From the IMG/VR virus record IMGVR_UViG_2061766007_000322: 64,000 nucleotides of DNA. One strand, written 5' to 3'. The stretch is from an uncultured virus (IMG/VR IMGVR_UViG_2061766007_000322). Taxonomy: Duplodnaviria; Heunggongvirae; Uroviricota; Caudoviricetes. Below the pieces are notes generated by a model, which saw only the letters and a program-made list of their open reading frames with translations, did no database searches and was not told the DNA's origin. Positions within the stretch are counted from its first letter, which is position 1; each line of letters begins with the position of its first letter. This document shows, one piece after another, positions 48,193 to 59,282 of the stretch. The position numbers and the translations under genes were made by a program.

Positions 48193-49587
48193 ATGAAAAC
48201 ATTTATGGTATATTCTTATACTGCTTTAGATTATGGTGATTTAAATGAAGGACAACGCTCAAATATGAGACTATTTGGAATGCCATACCAATTTATAGAT
48301 TCCGTTGACCGTCATAATAACAATTATGGTGTTGGATATAGATATACTAAAAATATTATACGAGATGCTCCAATTATTTCGATATTACCTGGAAAACCTA
48401 AATATTTACCAGGTGCAGATGATAAGAACGTTATTATAGAAGCACTTAAAAATGCTGGTGAATCAGATGGTAGTGATATTTTAAATGCTATCAACGCTAA
48501 TACAAATCCTTCTAATACTTTTAAATATTATGATTTTCAAAGAGACTATCCTACATATATAAATTATGTAAATTCATTATGTAGAACTGGAGCATTAATG
48601 CTTGGATTAGATAATGTTAAACTTGATGATGTTCCTTTAACAAATTATGATTGGAGTAGGTATAGATATAGATATACAGATTCAAATGGAAATAATATGA
48701 GTAATGATATTCTTAATGATATTATTCATAAAGGATATGTTCAATTTTATATAGATCCAGATGCAAGTTCCAATGAATCTATGAGTAATGAAGTTAGTGA
48801 ATCCAAAATTAAAGGTATGCTTGAAACTGGGCAAGATTTACTTAAAGAATTACAATTTATAACAGGCACACTTGGTACACAGGACGCTACAAATGGTGTT
48901 GAAGGATTTGTAACAGGTTCATTAGATGCACTTGCAAGTGCTGTTGGTACATCAACATCTGTTGGTAAAGCTATACAACGTATAATGTCAACAACTTCTA
49001 ATATAATTAAAGGTGAAAATATAATCATGCCTGATATATATCAGAGGTCAAATTATGATAAGCAATATACGTTTACAGTACGTTTAAAAACTCCATATGG
49101 CACTAAGTTAGGTTATTTTCTTGATTGTTATGTACCGTTATGTCATTTACTTGCACTTGGATTACCTAAACAAACTACAGCGAATACATATGGTTCACCA
49201 TTTATATTAAAAGCATATGTTAGTGGTGTATTTTCATGTAATTTAGGTATGGTAACATCAATATCTATAAATAAAAATATTAATGATAGTTTTGTTAATA
49301 AAGTTGGTGTACCATCTGAAATGGATGTTTCTGTTACAATCGCAGATTTATACAGCGATTTATCTATGTCAAAAGGTAATGACCCGTTATTATTTTTAAA
49401 TAATACATCTCTTGTACAATATATAGCAACGACTTGTGGTATAGATATAATTCAACCAGCATATAATATTAAAATAAAAAATGCTATAAACTCATTAGTA
49501 AACGGATTTCTTGACTTTGCTCCAAACTGGCAAAGAGAACTTGAAAACGAGGTTGCTAATATAGCATCTTGGTTTATGAGTTATTGA
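48193..49587 (+). CDS. Probable baseplate hub / tail structural protein
   Basis: Directly after the TMP; PDIYQRS..YTFTVRL, SPFILKAY, GMVTSISINK; AACA-N6-TAA at 48136. Confidence 0.55.
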   Translation: MKTFMVYSYTALDYGDLNEGQRSNMRLFGMPYQFIDSVDRHNNNYGVGYRYTKNIIRDAPIISILPGKPKYLPGADDKNVIIEALKNAGESDGSDILNAINANTNPSNTFKYYDFQRDYPTYINYVNSLCRTGALMLGLDNVKLDDVPLTNYDWSRYRYRYTDSNGNNMSNDILNDIIHKGYVQFYIDPDASSNESMSNEVSESKIKGMLETGQDLLKELQFITGTLGTQDATNGVEGFVTGSLDALASAVGTSTSVGKAIQRIMSTTSNIIKGENIIMPDIYQRSNYDKQYTFTVRLKTPYGTKLGYFLDCYVPLCHLLALGLPKQTTANTYGSPFILKAYVSGVFSCNLGMVTSISINKNINDSFVNKVGVPSEMDVSVTIADLYSDLSMSKGNDPLLFLNNTSLVQYIATTCGIDIIQPAYNIKIKNAINSLVNGFLDFAPNWQRELENEVANIASWFMSY

Positions 49588-49600
49588 AGGTGATAAAATT

Positions 49601-50206
49601 ATGTTTAAAATGGAAAAAGAATATAAAGAGTTATATGGAGATATTCCTTCAGATTATGAAGGAAGACTCGATTATTTAATAAAAGATATGAAGTTAAATA
49701 AATTTAAAGTTCCAATTATGAAATATCTTGATAGGATATTAAAAATAAAATGGAATAAATTATCATATACAATTTATCTTTTACCTAAAGCAACACCGAG
49801 ACCTCGTATGGGTAATCGTGGTGTATTTTATGTAAAAGGAGCTAAAGATAATAAAAAGTTTTTTGAAAACTTTATAAAAGACCAAGATATAACATTAATA
49901 ACCACACCTGTGAAATTTTATTGTACATCATATTTTCCAATACCAAAATCTATGAGTTCAGCGGAAAAAATAGCTGCAGAACTTGGATTTATAAGACCAG
50001 TATCAAAACCTGACTGGGATAATATTGGAAAAGCATATTGTGATATGATTCAAGATATTTTAATATATGATGATTCATTAGTAATTGAAGGTGTGTCTAA
50101 AAAATTTTATTCAGTTAAACCAAGAATTGAAATCACAATCGAGTATATGGAAGACTACGATTGTGAATTTAATAAAAAGAAAATTACCAAGAAAGGTGTT
50201 GATTAA
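49601..50206 (+). CDS. rusA: RusA-family Holliday junction resolvase
   Basis: PKATPRPR, KPDWDNIGKAYCD, IYDDS, KFYS..PRIEI. Confidence 0.85.
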   Translation: MFKMEKEYKELYGDIPSDYEGRLDYLIKDMKLNKFKVPIMKYLDRILKIKWNKLSYTIYLLPKATPRPRMGNRGVFYVKGAKDNKKFFENFIKDQDITLITTPVKFYCTSYFPIPKSMSSAEKIAAELGFIRPVSKPDWDNIGKAYCDMIQDILIYDDSLVIEGVSKKFYSVKPRIEITIEYMEDYDCEFNKKKITKKGVD

Positions 50207-50207
50207 T

Positions 50208-51317
50208 ATGGCTGTAAAGGCTATTTACACAAAAGTTGATGGTAAATATTATAAGGTTAATCAGAGTACTACTACTCCATCTAAAATTTATAATATGCCT
50301 GAAACACATAGTATTATGAATTCAGATACCGCTATTCAGCAGGTTAATAGTAAGATCTGGATTAATACTTTTTCAAAGAATACTATGCAGACAAATAAAG
50401 AAGCATATGATGAGATGATTCAGTATTTTGTAAATAATCGTACAACTCAGATTGATTATATTAATGATAGATTTTTAATCTATGTCGATTATACTATTCT
50501 TGATATGGATGGTAAAGAGGTTACACATTCTGTTGTACAGCAAGAAATTAAAGGCAATGACGCTCTTGTTATTCTTGGAGTAAATGGTGCTTGTGAATGT
50601 ATTTACAAACAGGTAAAAGAATTCAATACTGAATTTGAATTTATTGTAAAGAATAATTACCCGATTGGTATTATGTATAATAACAATAAAAGCTATAAAT
50701 TAATTATTAATGATTTAGCCATCTATCAGGATTTAAATGAGACTCATAGGTCTTGTGATGCCAATCCTTATGAATATAAGTCTCATACAATTGCTTCTAT
50801 GCTTGAAGGTCTCAAGAAGATTTATTCTTCATATGACAATGGATTTTCATTCTCTGCAGTAGATGTTCCGTTTGTACCTCGTAAGATTGTTCTCACAATC
50901 AATCTTGCTATCGACTCTCTTATTGTTGTATATGACAATAATGTTGTTAATACACTTCTTATCGACAATGCTGCTGCCAACTATTCGGATGAATGTAACT
51001 GTCATGATAATGATGAAGACGACCAGCCCGTTGTTCCCAATGGTGTTGAAATCTATCCTGAAGCAGACGGTTCTCTTGTTATGGATAATGGTGAATATGA
51101 TAAGTACGAAAGAACAACAGAGGAACATCCTAATAGGCTTCTTGTTGTAAGTGATGATGTTGCTGGTAATGAATATAATCCGACAAAGATGGTTCATATC
51201 AACATGATTACTAAGGATATTCCTGACATCACAGTTGGTGAATATGTAAGATATGTAAGAGTAATTGCAATGACAAGTGAAAATTATCATAGTTGGGTTA
51301 TTGATGGTAATCAGTAA
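50208..51317 (+). CDS. Hypothetical (likely structural) protein
   Basis: Likely start MAVKAIY at 50208 after AAGGTG. Confidence 0.65.
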   Translation: MAVKAIYTKVDGKYYKVNQSTTTPSKIYNMPETHSIMNSDTAIQQVNSKIWINTFSKNTMQTNKEAYDEMIQYFVNNRTTQIDYINDRFLIYVDYTILDMDGKEVTHSVVQQEIKGNDALVILGVNGACECIYKQVKEFNTEFEFIVKNNYPIGIMYNNNKSYKLIINDLAIYQDLNETHRSCDANPYEYKSHTIASMLEGLKKIYSSYDNGFSFSAVDVPFVPRKIVLTINLAIDSLIVVYDNNVVNTLLIDNAAANYSDECNCHDNDEDDQPVVPNGVEIYPEADGSLVMDNGEYDKYERTTEEHPNRLLVVSDDVAGNEYNPTKMVHINMITKDIPDITVGEYVRYVRVIAMTSENYHSWVIDGNQ

Positions 51318-51344
51318 TTTCAACATAAAGGAGTTGATGAAACT

Positions 51345-52622
51345 ATGGTATATCTTGAATCATCTATTCAAAGTGATAAATTAGAAATGAATTATGATTT
51401 ATCTTTCGGATTACAAATGTATGATGAAAGTTTAAATGATATAACTTCATTTTTTAATAAATTAAAAAATATGCTCTTTGGATATATTAAACAGAAAAAG
51501 AAAATTCATGATTATTATGTTGAAAGAAGTAATATGAAAAAGAAATTAAAAGCAATCAATAAACTTTGTCAGAATAAGGAAATAGCTAATACTAAAATAG
51601 TTATTCGTAGTTATAATGATAAATTGTTTAAATCAACAGATATTGATGAGCAAATTCAATTTGCAAAGAATATGTTCTCCGGTATAAATACAAAATTAAA
51701 TAATCCTGAATTATATAAATTTTTTACAGGATATATTGATGGTAGAAGTTTTTGGGATAAAATTTATGAAATAAAAATAAAAGATATTTCATCATTTTTT
51801 GAGATGTCCATTCGTAATCTTGATCAGACTATATCTACATTAGAATCAGATGTAAATGATTTATCAAGATATGTAGACTATCAAGAGATGTCAGATGCTT
51901 CTAAAAGAAATATCTTTACATTCTTTAAGTCCATTAAATCATCTATTAAAAAGAGATTTGATATTATATATATGAATTTTGAAATAATTCAATTTAAAAT
52001 CAATCAAGTCTTACATGAAGATTTGGAAGATGAACTTCATAAGTATATAAAAGAACCGTCTATAAAAAAACAAGTATCGTCTGCACATAAAGTCGATGAA
52101 ATAACTTATGGTGATACCACTTATAATATATATCAAACTGAATATCCTAATACGGCATGTTTCAACTATGGTGGATTAGATATTTATCTTGATAAAGCAT
52201 TCTTTAATTTACCAAAAGGATATCAATTGGCAATTCTTTATCATGAAATAGGTCACCATCAATCTGGACATTTTAGACCAAAAGGTGGATTAAGAAAAGC
52301 AAATCTTACTGTTGAAGATGAAGTTGCTATTATGAAACGTATAAAAAAAGACATGAATTCATTTATATTATTAAGTACATCTAATTCAAAATTTGGTCCT
52401 AAAGCATATAGTGATGGTAGCGAATTAGCATACCTACTGCTTGAATGGGATGCTGATAGATTTGCTGCTAATAATGTTGTTGGTAAACATATTATGGGTT
52501 CTGCATTAACTGATAGAATTAAAAGACAATATAATATTATGTGGAAAGACCCAACAGAAGATCAAAAATTAATAACCGATTTTAATCTTGATATAATGAA
52601 TTTAAGAACTTTAAATATATAA
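51345..52622 (+). CDS. Zincin metallopeptidase-domain protein (M48-like)
   Basis: AILYHEIGH...LEWDADRFA; N-terminal YLESS/YDESL. Confidence 0.7.
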   Translation: MVYLESSIQSDKLEMNYDLSFGLQMYDESLNDITSFFNKLKNMLFGYIKQKKKIHDYYVERSNMKKKLKAINKLCQNKEIANTKIVIRSYNDKLFKSTDIDEQIQFAKNMFSGINTKLNNPELYKFFTGYIDGRSFWDKIYEIKIKDISSFFEMSIRNLDQTISTLESDVNDLSRYVDYQEMSDASKRNIFTFFKSIKSSIKKRFDIIYMNFEIIQFKINQVLHEDLEDELHKYIKEPSIKKQVSSAHKVDEITYGDTTYNIYQTEYPNTACFNYGGLDIYLDKAFFNLPKGYQLAILYHEIGHHQSGHFRPKGGLRKANLTVEDEVAIMKRIKKDMNSFILLSTSNSKFGPKAYSDGSELAYLLLEWDADRFAANNVVGKHIMGSALTDRIKRQYNIMWKDPTEDQKLITDFNLDIMNLRTLNI

Positions 52623-52624
52623 AA

Positions 52625-52664
52625 AATGAACCGTGAGTATTTTGTATATAACTCACGGTTCATT
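52625..52664. terminator. Bidirectional terminator
   Basis: AATGAACCGTGAGT...ACTCACGGTTCATT. Confidence 0.75.
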
Positions 52665-52691
52665 AATTTGATGTCAACTTTTTAAACGATA

Positions 52692-52898
52692 TTAAATTTT
52701 GTATCTTTTCTTTTTACTCTTATTTTTCTTCTTTTTCTTTTTACTCTTAGGGGACTTGGTTACACCATCAAGAGCATCGGGAAGGCTTCTTGCAGTACCA
52801 TCTTCATATTCACCACAGAGAAACCTTTGTATTTTACTACTTTCAAGAATAGTTTTACCAAAGAGTATACCTACATCTAATAAGATTTTTTTATCCAT
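52692..52898 (-). CDS. Small protein with poly-Lys C-terminus
   Basis: MDKKILL...KSKKKKKKNKSKKKRYKI; class I promoter at 52942-52954 (-). Confidence 0.65.
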   Translation of the reverse strand: MDKKILLDVGILFGKTILESSKIQRFLCGEYEDGTARSLPDALDGVTKSPKSKKKKKKNKSKKKRYKI

Positions 52899-53018
52899 GA
52901 AAATTATCCTCTCCTTTGATATTATTTTCATTGACATCTATAAAATAATATATAATTTACTCTTTAAAAAGCCTATAAAAAACATTAGGATAATCAGTTA
53001 AAATAACATAAATAAGAG

Positions 53019-54143
53019 GTGACATATATGGGTTCTTCTGATAATAAAACTGGATATGGTTTTACCTATGATAAAAAATTAGATCTCGCTTATAACGAAC
53101 ATAATAAAACTGTGCCACTAAGTATATCAGATATTAGTATAAATTCAAAAAAGTCTTATTCAAGTATTAATGCTAATGATAATAAATTAGGAAAAGTTGT
53201 AGACCCAATATATGATTATACAATATATGTTGGTGAAATAAATAATTTAATTAACGATATGAATAAGTCTATAAATTATATTAATGAAGATAATGATTCA
53301 TATTTTAATCGAACTGTAGATTCATATAATAGATTTAAAATGCCATCTTTAAATGATGCTTTTACCAGAGGGTTTGCACATGTTTTTATAACAAGACCTA
53401 ATTGTAATACCGCCGCGTTAATTAATAATGTTGGTATGTTTAAACAAGCACATGATAGAAATCCCAGACTTGTTTGGCAATTACAAAAAGGCACGTATCA
53501 TCAATTTATGTATTCATTAAGTAATAAAGTAATATCATTTTCTCCAAATGATGAATATATAGAAACTGAAGTCTATGGTAAAACTTGGGGAGGATACAGA
53601 ACAACTATCGGTAGAACTAATGTTGGAAGTAAAAGTGCGAGTGAACTTAATATAACATTTAGAGACGATAGAGATTTAAATGCATATACTATAATTAAAT
53701 TATGGTGTGAATATATAAATGGTGTATATACTGGTATATATGAACCGCTTCAAGAAAATATTATAAATAAGGTTCTTGATTATGCATCATCTATTTATTA
53801 TTTTATAACAGCAGAAGATGGTGAAACAATTTTATTCTGGTCAAAATATTACGGAACATTCCCTTCAACAGTACCAACAACACAATATGCATGGTCTGCA
53901 GGAAATGTTATTGATAGCACGTCTGTGAATTTGGATGTTAAATTTAATTATTCTTTTAAAGAGGATTGTAATCCAGAAACTATACGAGAATTTAATTATT
54001 GTAACGATAAATATTATAATAGTGGTGGTCCACCTGCATATGCCCCTATATATGATAAATCATATGGGCATACGGGAAACACATGGAAATCATGGCCATT
54101 CATAGAATGGAAAAACAATAGATTTTTATTAAAATTTTATTAA
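53019..54143 (+). CDS. Probable tail tube-like / baseplate protein
   Basis: FITRPNCN, LNITFRDD..IIKLW..YI, WSKYYGTFP; AACA-N6-TAA at 52981. Confidence 0.55.
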   Translation: MTYMGSSDNKTGYGFTYDKKLDLAYNEHNKTVPLSISDISINSKKSYSSINANDNKLGKVVDPIYDYTIYVGEINNLINDMNKSINYINEDNDSYFNRTVDSYNRFKMPSLNDAFTRGFAHVFITRPNCNTAALINNVGMFKQAHDRNPRLVWQLQKGTYHQFMYSLSNKVISFSPNDEYIETEVYGKTWGGYRTTIGRTNVGSKSASELNITFRDDRDLNAYTIIKLWCEYINGVYTGIYEPLQENIINKVLDYASSIYYFITAEDGETILFWSKYYGTFPSTVPTTQYAWSAGNVIDSTSVNLDVKFNYSFKEDCNPETIREFNYCNDKYYNSGGPPAYAPIYDKSYGHTGNTWKSWPFIEWKNNRFLLKFY

Positions 54144-54174
54144 TATATATTTTTTTAAGATAGGAGGATAGAAT

Positions 54175-57100
54175 ATGGCAAATAATATAACAAATATTGA
54201 TAGAAGTTATATTGATAATTTTGCTATAAAAGAATTTGTAAAAGATTCTCTTATTCCAAAATATTTTACCGATGATGATATTTCTTTAAGAACAGTTGGA
54301 TTAGTTGGCATGATGTCTGAAATGTTATCTAATATTGCAGAAGACGGATTTAACGCGACATCTGTTTTATTTAGAGAAATTTTTCCAAATAGAGCTGAGA
54401 TACCAGAATCTATTTACTCACATGCTGCATTATTTCAATTATCTGATATTTTTGGATCTGCAGCTTCATGTAGATTTGTTATTGTTTTTGATGAAAAATA
54501 TATAGTTAAAAACAGCACATATAATTCAGACTCGGGTATATATTCGTTTACTATTCCTAAAGATTTGACAGTATATGTTGAAGATACACCGTATTGTCTG
54601 GATTATGATATAATAATAAAATCTGTTAAAAAAGCAACTGTTAATCATACACTTGACTATGTATTTTCAGCAATGTATGATAAATCTGGATTTATAAATA
54701 GTATATCAGACATTAATGATACATATATAAAAATACAAAGAGATTCTAATGGTTATATAGGTCTTGATGTTAGAATGCGTCAGGCTGTAAGAACGGTTGA
54801 ATATCATAATATTATAAATAATAATAAAATTAATCTTCCTGTTATAGATATACCATTTATAGGACAACTTGTTGGATTTGATGTTTTTTATAAAACTCAA
54901 GATGAGAATACGTATAGTACTCAGTTAAAAACTCAAGTAATATATAGTCAGCCAACAGTAACACCGTTTTGTTATTATCAATTATATGATGACAACACAT
55001 TACGACTATCTTTTAATGCAAGAGATGCATATTTTATTCCAGAATATAATTCTGAAATAGAGGTTATATTATATATTTCTAAAGGTGAAGATGGTAATTT
55101 TGATGTATATAATGGAACGAATGTTTCTATATCATCAGAAACCATGTCTCAATTATATAGTGAGTCAATTCCTATGGGTGCTAAACCTTTAGGAGCATCT
55201 CTCGGTGGTAAAAATAAACCATCTATAGATACTTTAAAAGCTCTTACAGTTGAAGGATATAGAACAGCATTGTCTTTAACAACAGAAGCTGATTTAAATT
55301 ACTATTTTGATGATTGGAAATATCGTTATGGCGATTCATATATAAAATTTATTAAACGTCGTAATGATGTTTATGAAAGAATATTTGGTGGATTTATTCT
55401 TTTGAGAAATAAAGATTATATATATAAGACAAATACACTTAATATTAAGCTTAATCTTAGTGATATGACAAATCCTGAAGAAAATATTTATATGATTGAA
55501 CCAGGAACCGTATTTAATTATGTAGATGATAATACAAGAGAATTTGTTACATTTAAAAGAAGTTCTCTTACTAATAAATATAAAACTAAATATAATGATG
55601 CTGTAAGTTCTGGAACAATTCCATTTATCGAATCTGGATATACATCAAACGATCCTGAATATTTAAATAGACCAGCATCATTTGCGGAATTTAAGCGTAG
55701 AAATGGATATGATGACAAAGTAAATGTTTTTAGTCTTATGAATCTTACAGATGAACAAAAACTATCTATAGACAACCCATTAGATAATAAATTTACATTT
55801 ATTAATCCATTTTTAATAAGATTTAAAAGAGATCCAAATTTAGTAAGTTTATATTTAACTGTATTAAATAGAGATCATACTGTTGATTTTATACGACAAA
55901 ATGAAGCAAGTTATGTACAATTTATGATTAATTCATTAAACATAAAACGTACCTTTTCCAATGATAAAAAATTTATAGTTACAACAAGAATATCTCCTAC
56001 TATGACTATATTATCTGAGAAAAATACATATATTAATTATATGGGTGCTTTAATAAATTCTGAAGGTGAAAATACATCAGTAAATCAGCCAAATTATATA
56101 TTTAATAAATATGCATTATCTGGATATAATTCTAATGATGATAACGAAAGTTTTTCTGGTAATAGTTTAAGAGTATTATTTGTTGTATATAATAATGATA
56201 AACCAGTTTGTTATACAGAAATGTATCCAACAGAGGTTTCAAATAATATATTTTCATATAAAACAGAAATCTTTACAGATGACCATATAACATCTGATGG
56301 TAGACTTCGTCTTATAAATCATATAACATATGGTGCACCTAAAACATTTCTTAATGATACTGAAACGATACACGCTGGTACATATTATGAATTACCAAAA
56401 ATTTTAACCGATAATGGTTATAATCTTGATAATATAAAAACTGCATTAGAACATACGTTAAATATATACGGTATAACATTATTAGATAACGCTACCAATG
56501 AAGAAAAGCAAGAACAACTTGTAAAATATATAATAAAACCTATTCTTGGAATTGATATTAATGATGATATTCCGTTAAATGTTGAAGTTACGTGTAATAG
56601 ATATTCTCCAAATGATATAAAAGAAAAAACCGATGTAAATGTATTTTTTGTAGAAGAATTATATAAAACTAATAAAATTATAAAATACGAATCCATTGTT
56701 AATATGACACATAATAATTTTATATTAATTCCAAAAGAAAATGTTGTGTGTAAAATATTTACTTTATATAATAAAAAATATAATGAATCTAATGTTGTTG
56801 ACAATAGTTCAAATATTCAGACACTTATACCATTGGAAAATAGAGATACAGATAATATATTTGTTGGAGATGATCCAAACAGCACTTATATGAGGTATTT
56901 TTGGACAAATGAATATGCAACATTATATGATCCTGTCACATTTATTAAACCACTAAACAATGTCAGATCAAATCTTTATTTTGAAGATTTTACAGAGAAA
57001 GTAACTAATAGTGCATCATATGATACAGAATATGTTCATGATATTAATGATATAAGAATTGAAAATGTTCCATTTATTAAGTATGATATTGCTTTTAATG

Positions 57101-57633
57101 ATGATTTAATGGGATATTTAATGACAACATTTATGAATCAATACGATTATATTGACTCAACAATTAAAAATAAATTACGAAATGAAACAATTATTGATGC
57201 AAAATTTTATAATACTTATGGAAGAAGTAATAATTATTATGCATCAAAAGATTTTGTAAATGATTCAGTAATATTACTTGACACACTAAATATATCAATT
57301 TCATTTGACATGTGGTTTGTTAAAGGTACAGATTTAGATAATGCTATAAATGAAGTTAAAATGTATATAAAGAATAAAATTGAATCTATAAATAATGATG
57401 GTACAAATATTCTTCATATATCTAATCTTATGCGAGAAATAGAGACCACATATTCTTATGTAGATCATATAAGATTTATAAAAATAAATAATTATATAAC
57501 AGATGTCCAATCACTTGTGTTAGTATATCCAACATTAGATGATATGGATAAAAATACAAGAAGAACACATGTTCCAGAACTTATTACATGTGATTTAAAT
57601 GATATACACATCAATGCTTCATATAATATTTAA
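54175..57633 (+). CDS. Probable baseplate wedge protein
   Basis: 1152 aa; EIFPNRA..PESIY, SKGEDGNF, GGKNK, KRRND. Confidence 0.6.
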   Translation: MANNITNIDRSYIDNFAIKEFVKDSLIPKYFTDDDISLRTVGLVGMMSEMLSNIAEDGFNATSVLFREIFPNRAEIPESIYSHAALFQLSDIFGSAASCRFVIVFDEKYIVKNSTYNSDSGIYSFTIPKDLTVYVEDTPYCLDYDIIIKSVKKATVNHTLDYVFSAMYDKSGFINSISDINDTYIKIQRDSNGYIGLDVRMRQAVRTVEYHNIINNNKINLPVIDIPFIGQLVGFDVFYKTQDENTYSTQLKTQVIYSQPTVTPFCYYQLYDDNTLRLSFNARDAYFIPEYNSEIEVILYISKGEDGNFDVYNGTNVSISSETMSQLYSESIPMGAKPLGASLGGKNKPSIDTLKALTVEGYRTALSLTTEADLNYYFDDWKYRYGDSYIKFIKRRNDVYERIFGGFILLRNKDYIYKTNTLNIKLNLSDMTNPEENIYMIEPGTVFNYVDDNTREFVTFKRSSLTNKYKTKYNDAVSSGTIPFIESGYTSNDPEYLNRPASFAEFKRRNGYDDKVNVFSLMNLTDEQKLSIDNPLDNKFTFINPFLIRFKRDPNLVSLYLTVLNRDHTVDFIRQNEASYVQFMINSLNIKRTFSNDKKFIVTTRISPTMTILSEKNTYINYMGALINSEGENTSVNQPNYIFNKYALSGYNSNDDNESFSGNSLRVLFVVYNNDKPVCYTEMYPTEVSNNIFSYKTEIFTDDHITSDGRLRLINHITYGAPKTFLNDTETIHAGTYYELPKILTDNGYNLDNIKTALEHTLNIYGITLLDNATNEEKQEQLVKYIIKPILGIDINDDIPLNVEVTCNRYSPNDIKEKTDVNVFFVEELYKTNKIIKYESIVNMTHNNFILIPKENVVCKIFTLYNKKYNESNVVDNSSNIQTLIPLENRDTDNIFVGDDPNSTYMRYFWTNEYATLYDPVTFIKPLNNVRSNLYFEDFTEKVTNSASYDTEYVHDINDIRIENVPFIKYDIAFNDDLMGYLMTTFMNQYDYIDSTIKNKLRNETIIDAKFYNTYGRSNNYYASKDFVNDSVILLDTLNISISFDMWFVKGTDLDNAINEVKMYIKNKIESINNDGTNILHISNLMREIETTYSYVDHIRFIKINNYITDVQSLVLVYPTLDDMDKNTRRTHVPELITCDLNDIHINASYNI

Positions 57634-57686
57634 AATACACAATATATTAAAACCTAAACTAATTTAATAGAAAGGGGTTAATACTC

Positions 57687-58622
57687 ATGAATGAAGAAAA
57701 AATTTTTAATTTTATAGATACTATTGAAAAAGAACGTCAGAATGAGTTAGCTGATGAAAGATTTAAAACTTCTGATGTATATAAAAGAAGAATCATTGAT
57801 TCTGCAAAAGAAAATGCTGCAAATGAATGTCTTTCAAAGATTTTTGAAAAGTTTTATATTGATGCAGTTCCGTTGAATGATGATTATAAATGTGCTTATC
57901 ATGATGGGCTTTGTAATGATGTACATAAGTTTGCTTCAGACAGAACTGATGGTAAGACACTTTCATATTATGTGGGAGAAGCAATTAAGTCTGGTTCGGT
58001 ACCTGCAAAAAGAATTATGGAATCTGTAACAAAGATTGTTGATGAATATTATGCTGATAAAGAAGCAAATTTTGGGGATATTAATACTGAAGATGATCTT
58101 GTATTTAAGATGGATGACGATACCGAACAGAAACTTAATGTAATTAATCGTGATCTTGAACTTGATGATCTTTCACAGATTATTTCTGATAATGTAAGAG
58201 TTACAGCTGCATCAGAAATTGCAAGAGCTAAAGCTGAAAAAGAAAAAATTAAAGAAGTTGAAAGAGAACTTAGTGATAATCTTTCTGTAAATAACGAATC
58301 TGCTATAGAAACTGAACTCGAATTAAGAGGAATGTCAAAAAAGAAATTCTTTCAACCATCTCTTTTTGAAGGAATTATGATCAATAAACTTAATAACGTC
58401 ACTGCAGAATCGGCATCATCTACATATTTATATGATACACTTGAAATGTATGGTATGACAGAAAGCACTGTGGATAAATTTGCAACTCCAGAGGAAATAG
58501 CATTTACAGAAAGTGTAAGAGAATATACACTTCTTAATATCATAAAAAGCTTGAAACTTGAGAATTGTTTTAATAATTTACAAAATATTAGAGATCTTGC
58601 AACAGAATATGCACAAAAATAA
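57687..58622 (+). CDS. Probable virion protein
   Basis: IMES, NNES, TAES, MTES and FTES motifs; CACA-N6-TAA at 57638. Confidence 0.55.
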   Translation: MNEEKIFNFIDTIEKERQNELADERFKTSDVYKRRIIDSAKENAANECLSKIFEKFYIDAVPLNDDYKCAYHDGLCNDVHKFASDRTDGKTLSYYVGEAIKSGSVPAKRIMESVTKIVDEYYADKEANFGDINTEDDLVFKMDDDTEQKLNVINRDLELDDLSQIISDNVRVTAASEIARAKAEKEKIKEVERELSDNLSVNNESAIETELELRGMSKKKFFQPSLFEGIMINKLNNVTAESASSTYLYDTLEMYGMTESTVDKFATPEEIAFTESVREYTLLNIIKSLKLENCFNNLQNIRDLATEYAQK

Positions 58623-58624
58623 TT

Positions 58625-58664
58625 AATAGGATGAGATAAACCTATAGTGTTATCTCATCCTATT
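58625..58664. terminator. Bidirectional terminator
   Basis: AATAGGATGAGATAA...TTATCTCATCCTATT. Confidence 0.75.
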
Positions 58665-58668
58665 ATTT

Positions 58669-59262
58669 TTATAAAGTCAATGTGTGAATTGTAAATTCCA
58701 TATTTGATGGTTTTCGGTCAATAATAGCTTTTTGAGGCTGTTCATATCCAGTAATGATATGGTTTGGATTTTTTATATCATATTTGAAACCGAGTGTATA
58801 TAAATCTGGAATATACGTATCAACATACTTAAATTTTTTCAAAAACGTTGTAAGGAATACTCTATCTATTAAGTCTCTTTGTAAAAATTCAAGATATATA
58901 GAACGTCCTCCTATAATGATGATTTTGTATCTTGTTAAGTTTTGTGATATAATAAACTCATTCAGGTTTTCAATACTATTAATATGAACAACGGCTGTTG
59001 TTCCATCAATATGATGAGAAAAAACTTTATCATTAAATGATTGACTTAATATAATATTTATTCTATTTTTAAGATATCCATTTGGTAATGATTCAGATGT
59101 TTTTCGTCCCATAACAACAACGCTACCATATGTTCTTTCTTTAAAAAAATCCATATCCTGGGATACTTTTACAAGTAATTTATTATTATAACCAATACCC
59201 CAATTAAGATCTGTTGCAACAATCATATCAAATTTTTTATTTAAATAGTTAGTCGTAGGCAT
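58669..59262 (-). CDS. folA: Dihydrofolate reductase
   Basis: IVATDLNWGIG, DMDFFK..T, VVMGRKT, NRINIILS, IIGGRSIY, DTY. Confidence 0.92.
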   Translation of the reverse strand: MPTTNYLNKKFDMIVATDLNWGIGYNNKLLVKVSQDMDFFKERTYGSVVVMGRKTSESLPNGYLKNRINIILSQSFNDKVFSHHIDGTTAVVHINSIENLNEFIISQNLTRYKIIIIGGRSIYLEFLQRDLIDRVFLTTFLKKFKYVDTYIPDLYTLGFKYDIKNPNHIITGYEQPQKAIIDRKPSNMEFTIHTLTL

Positions 59263-59282
59263 TTATTTCACCTTCTTTATTT

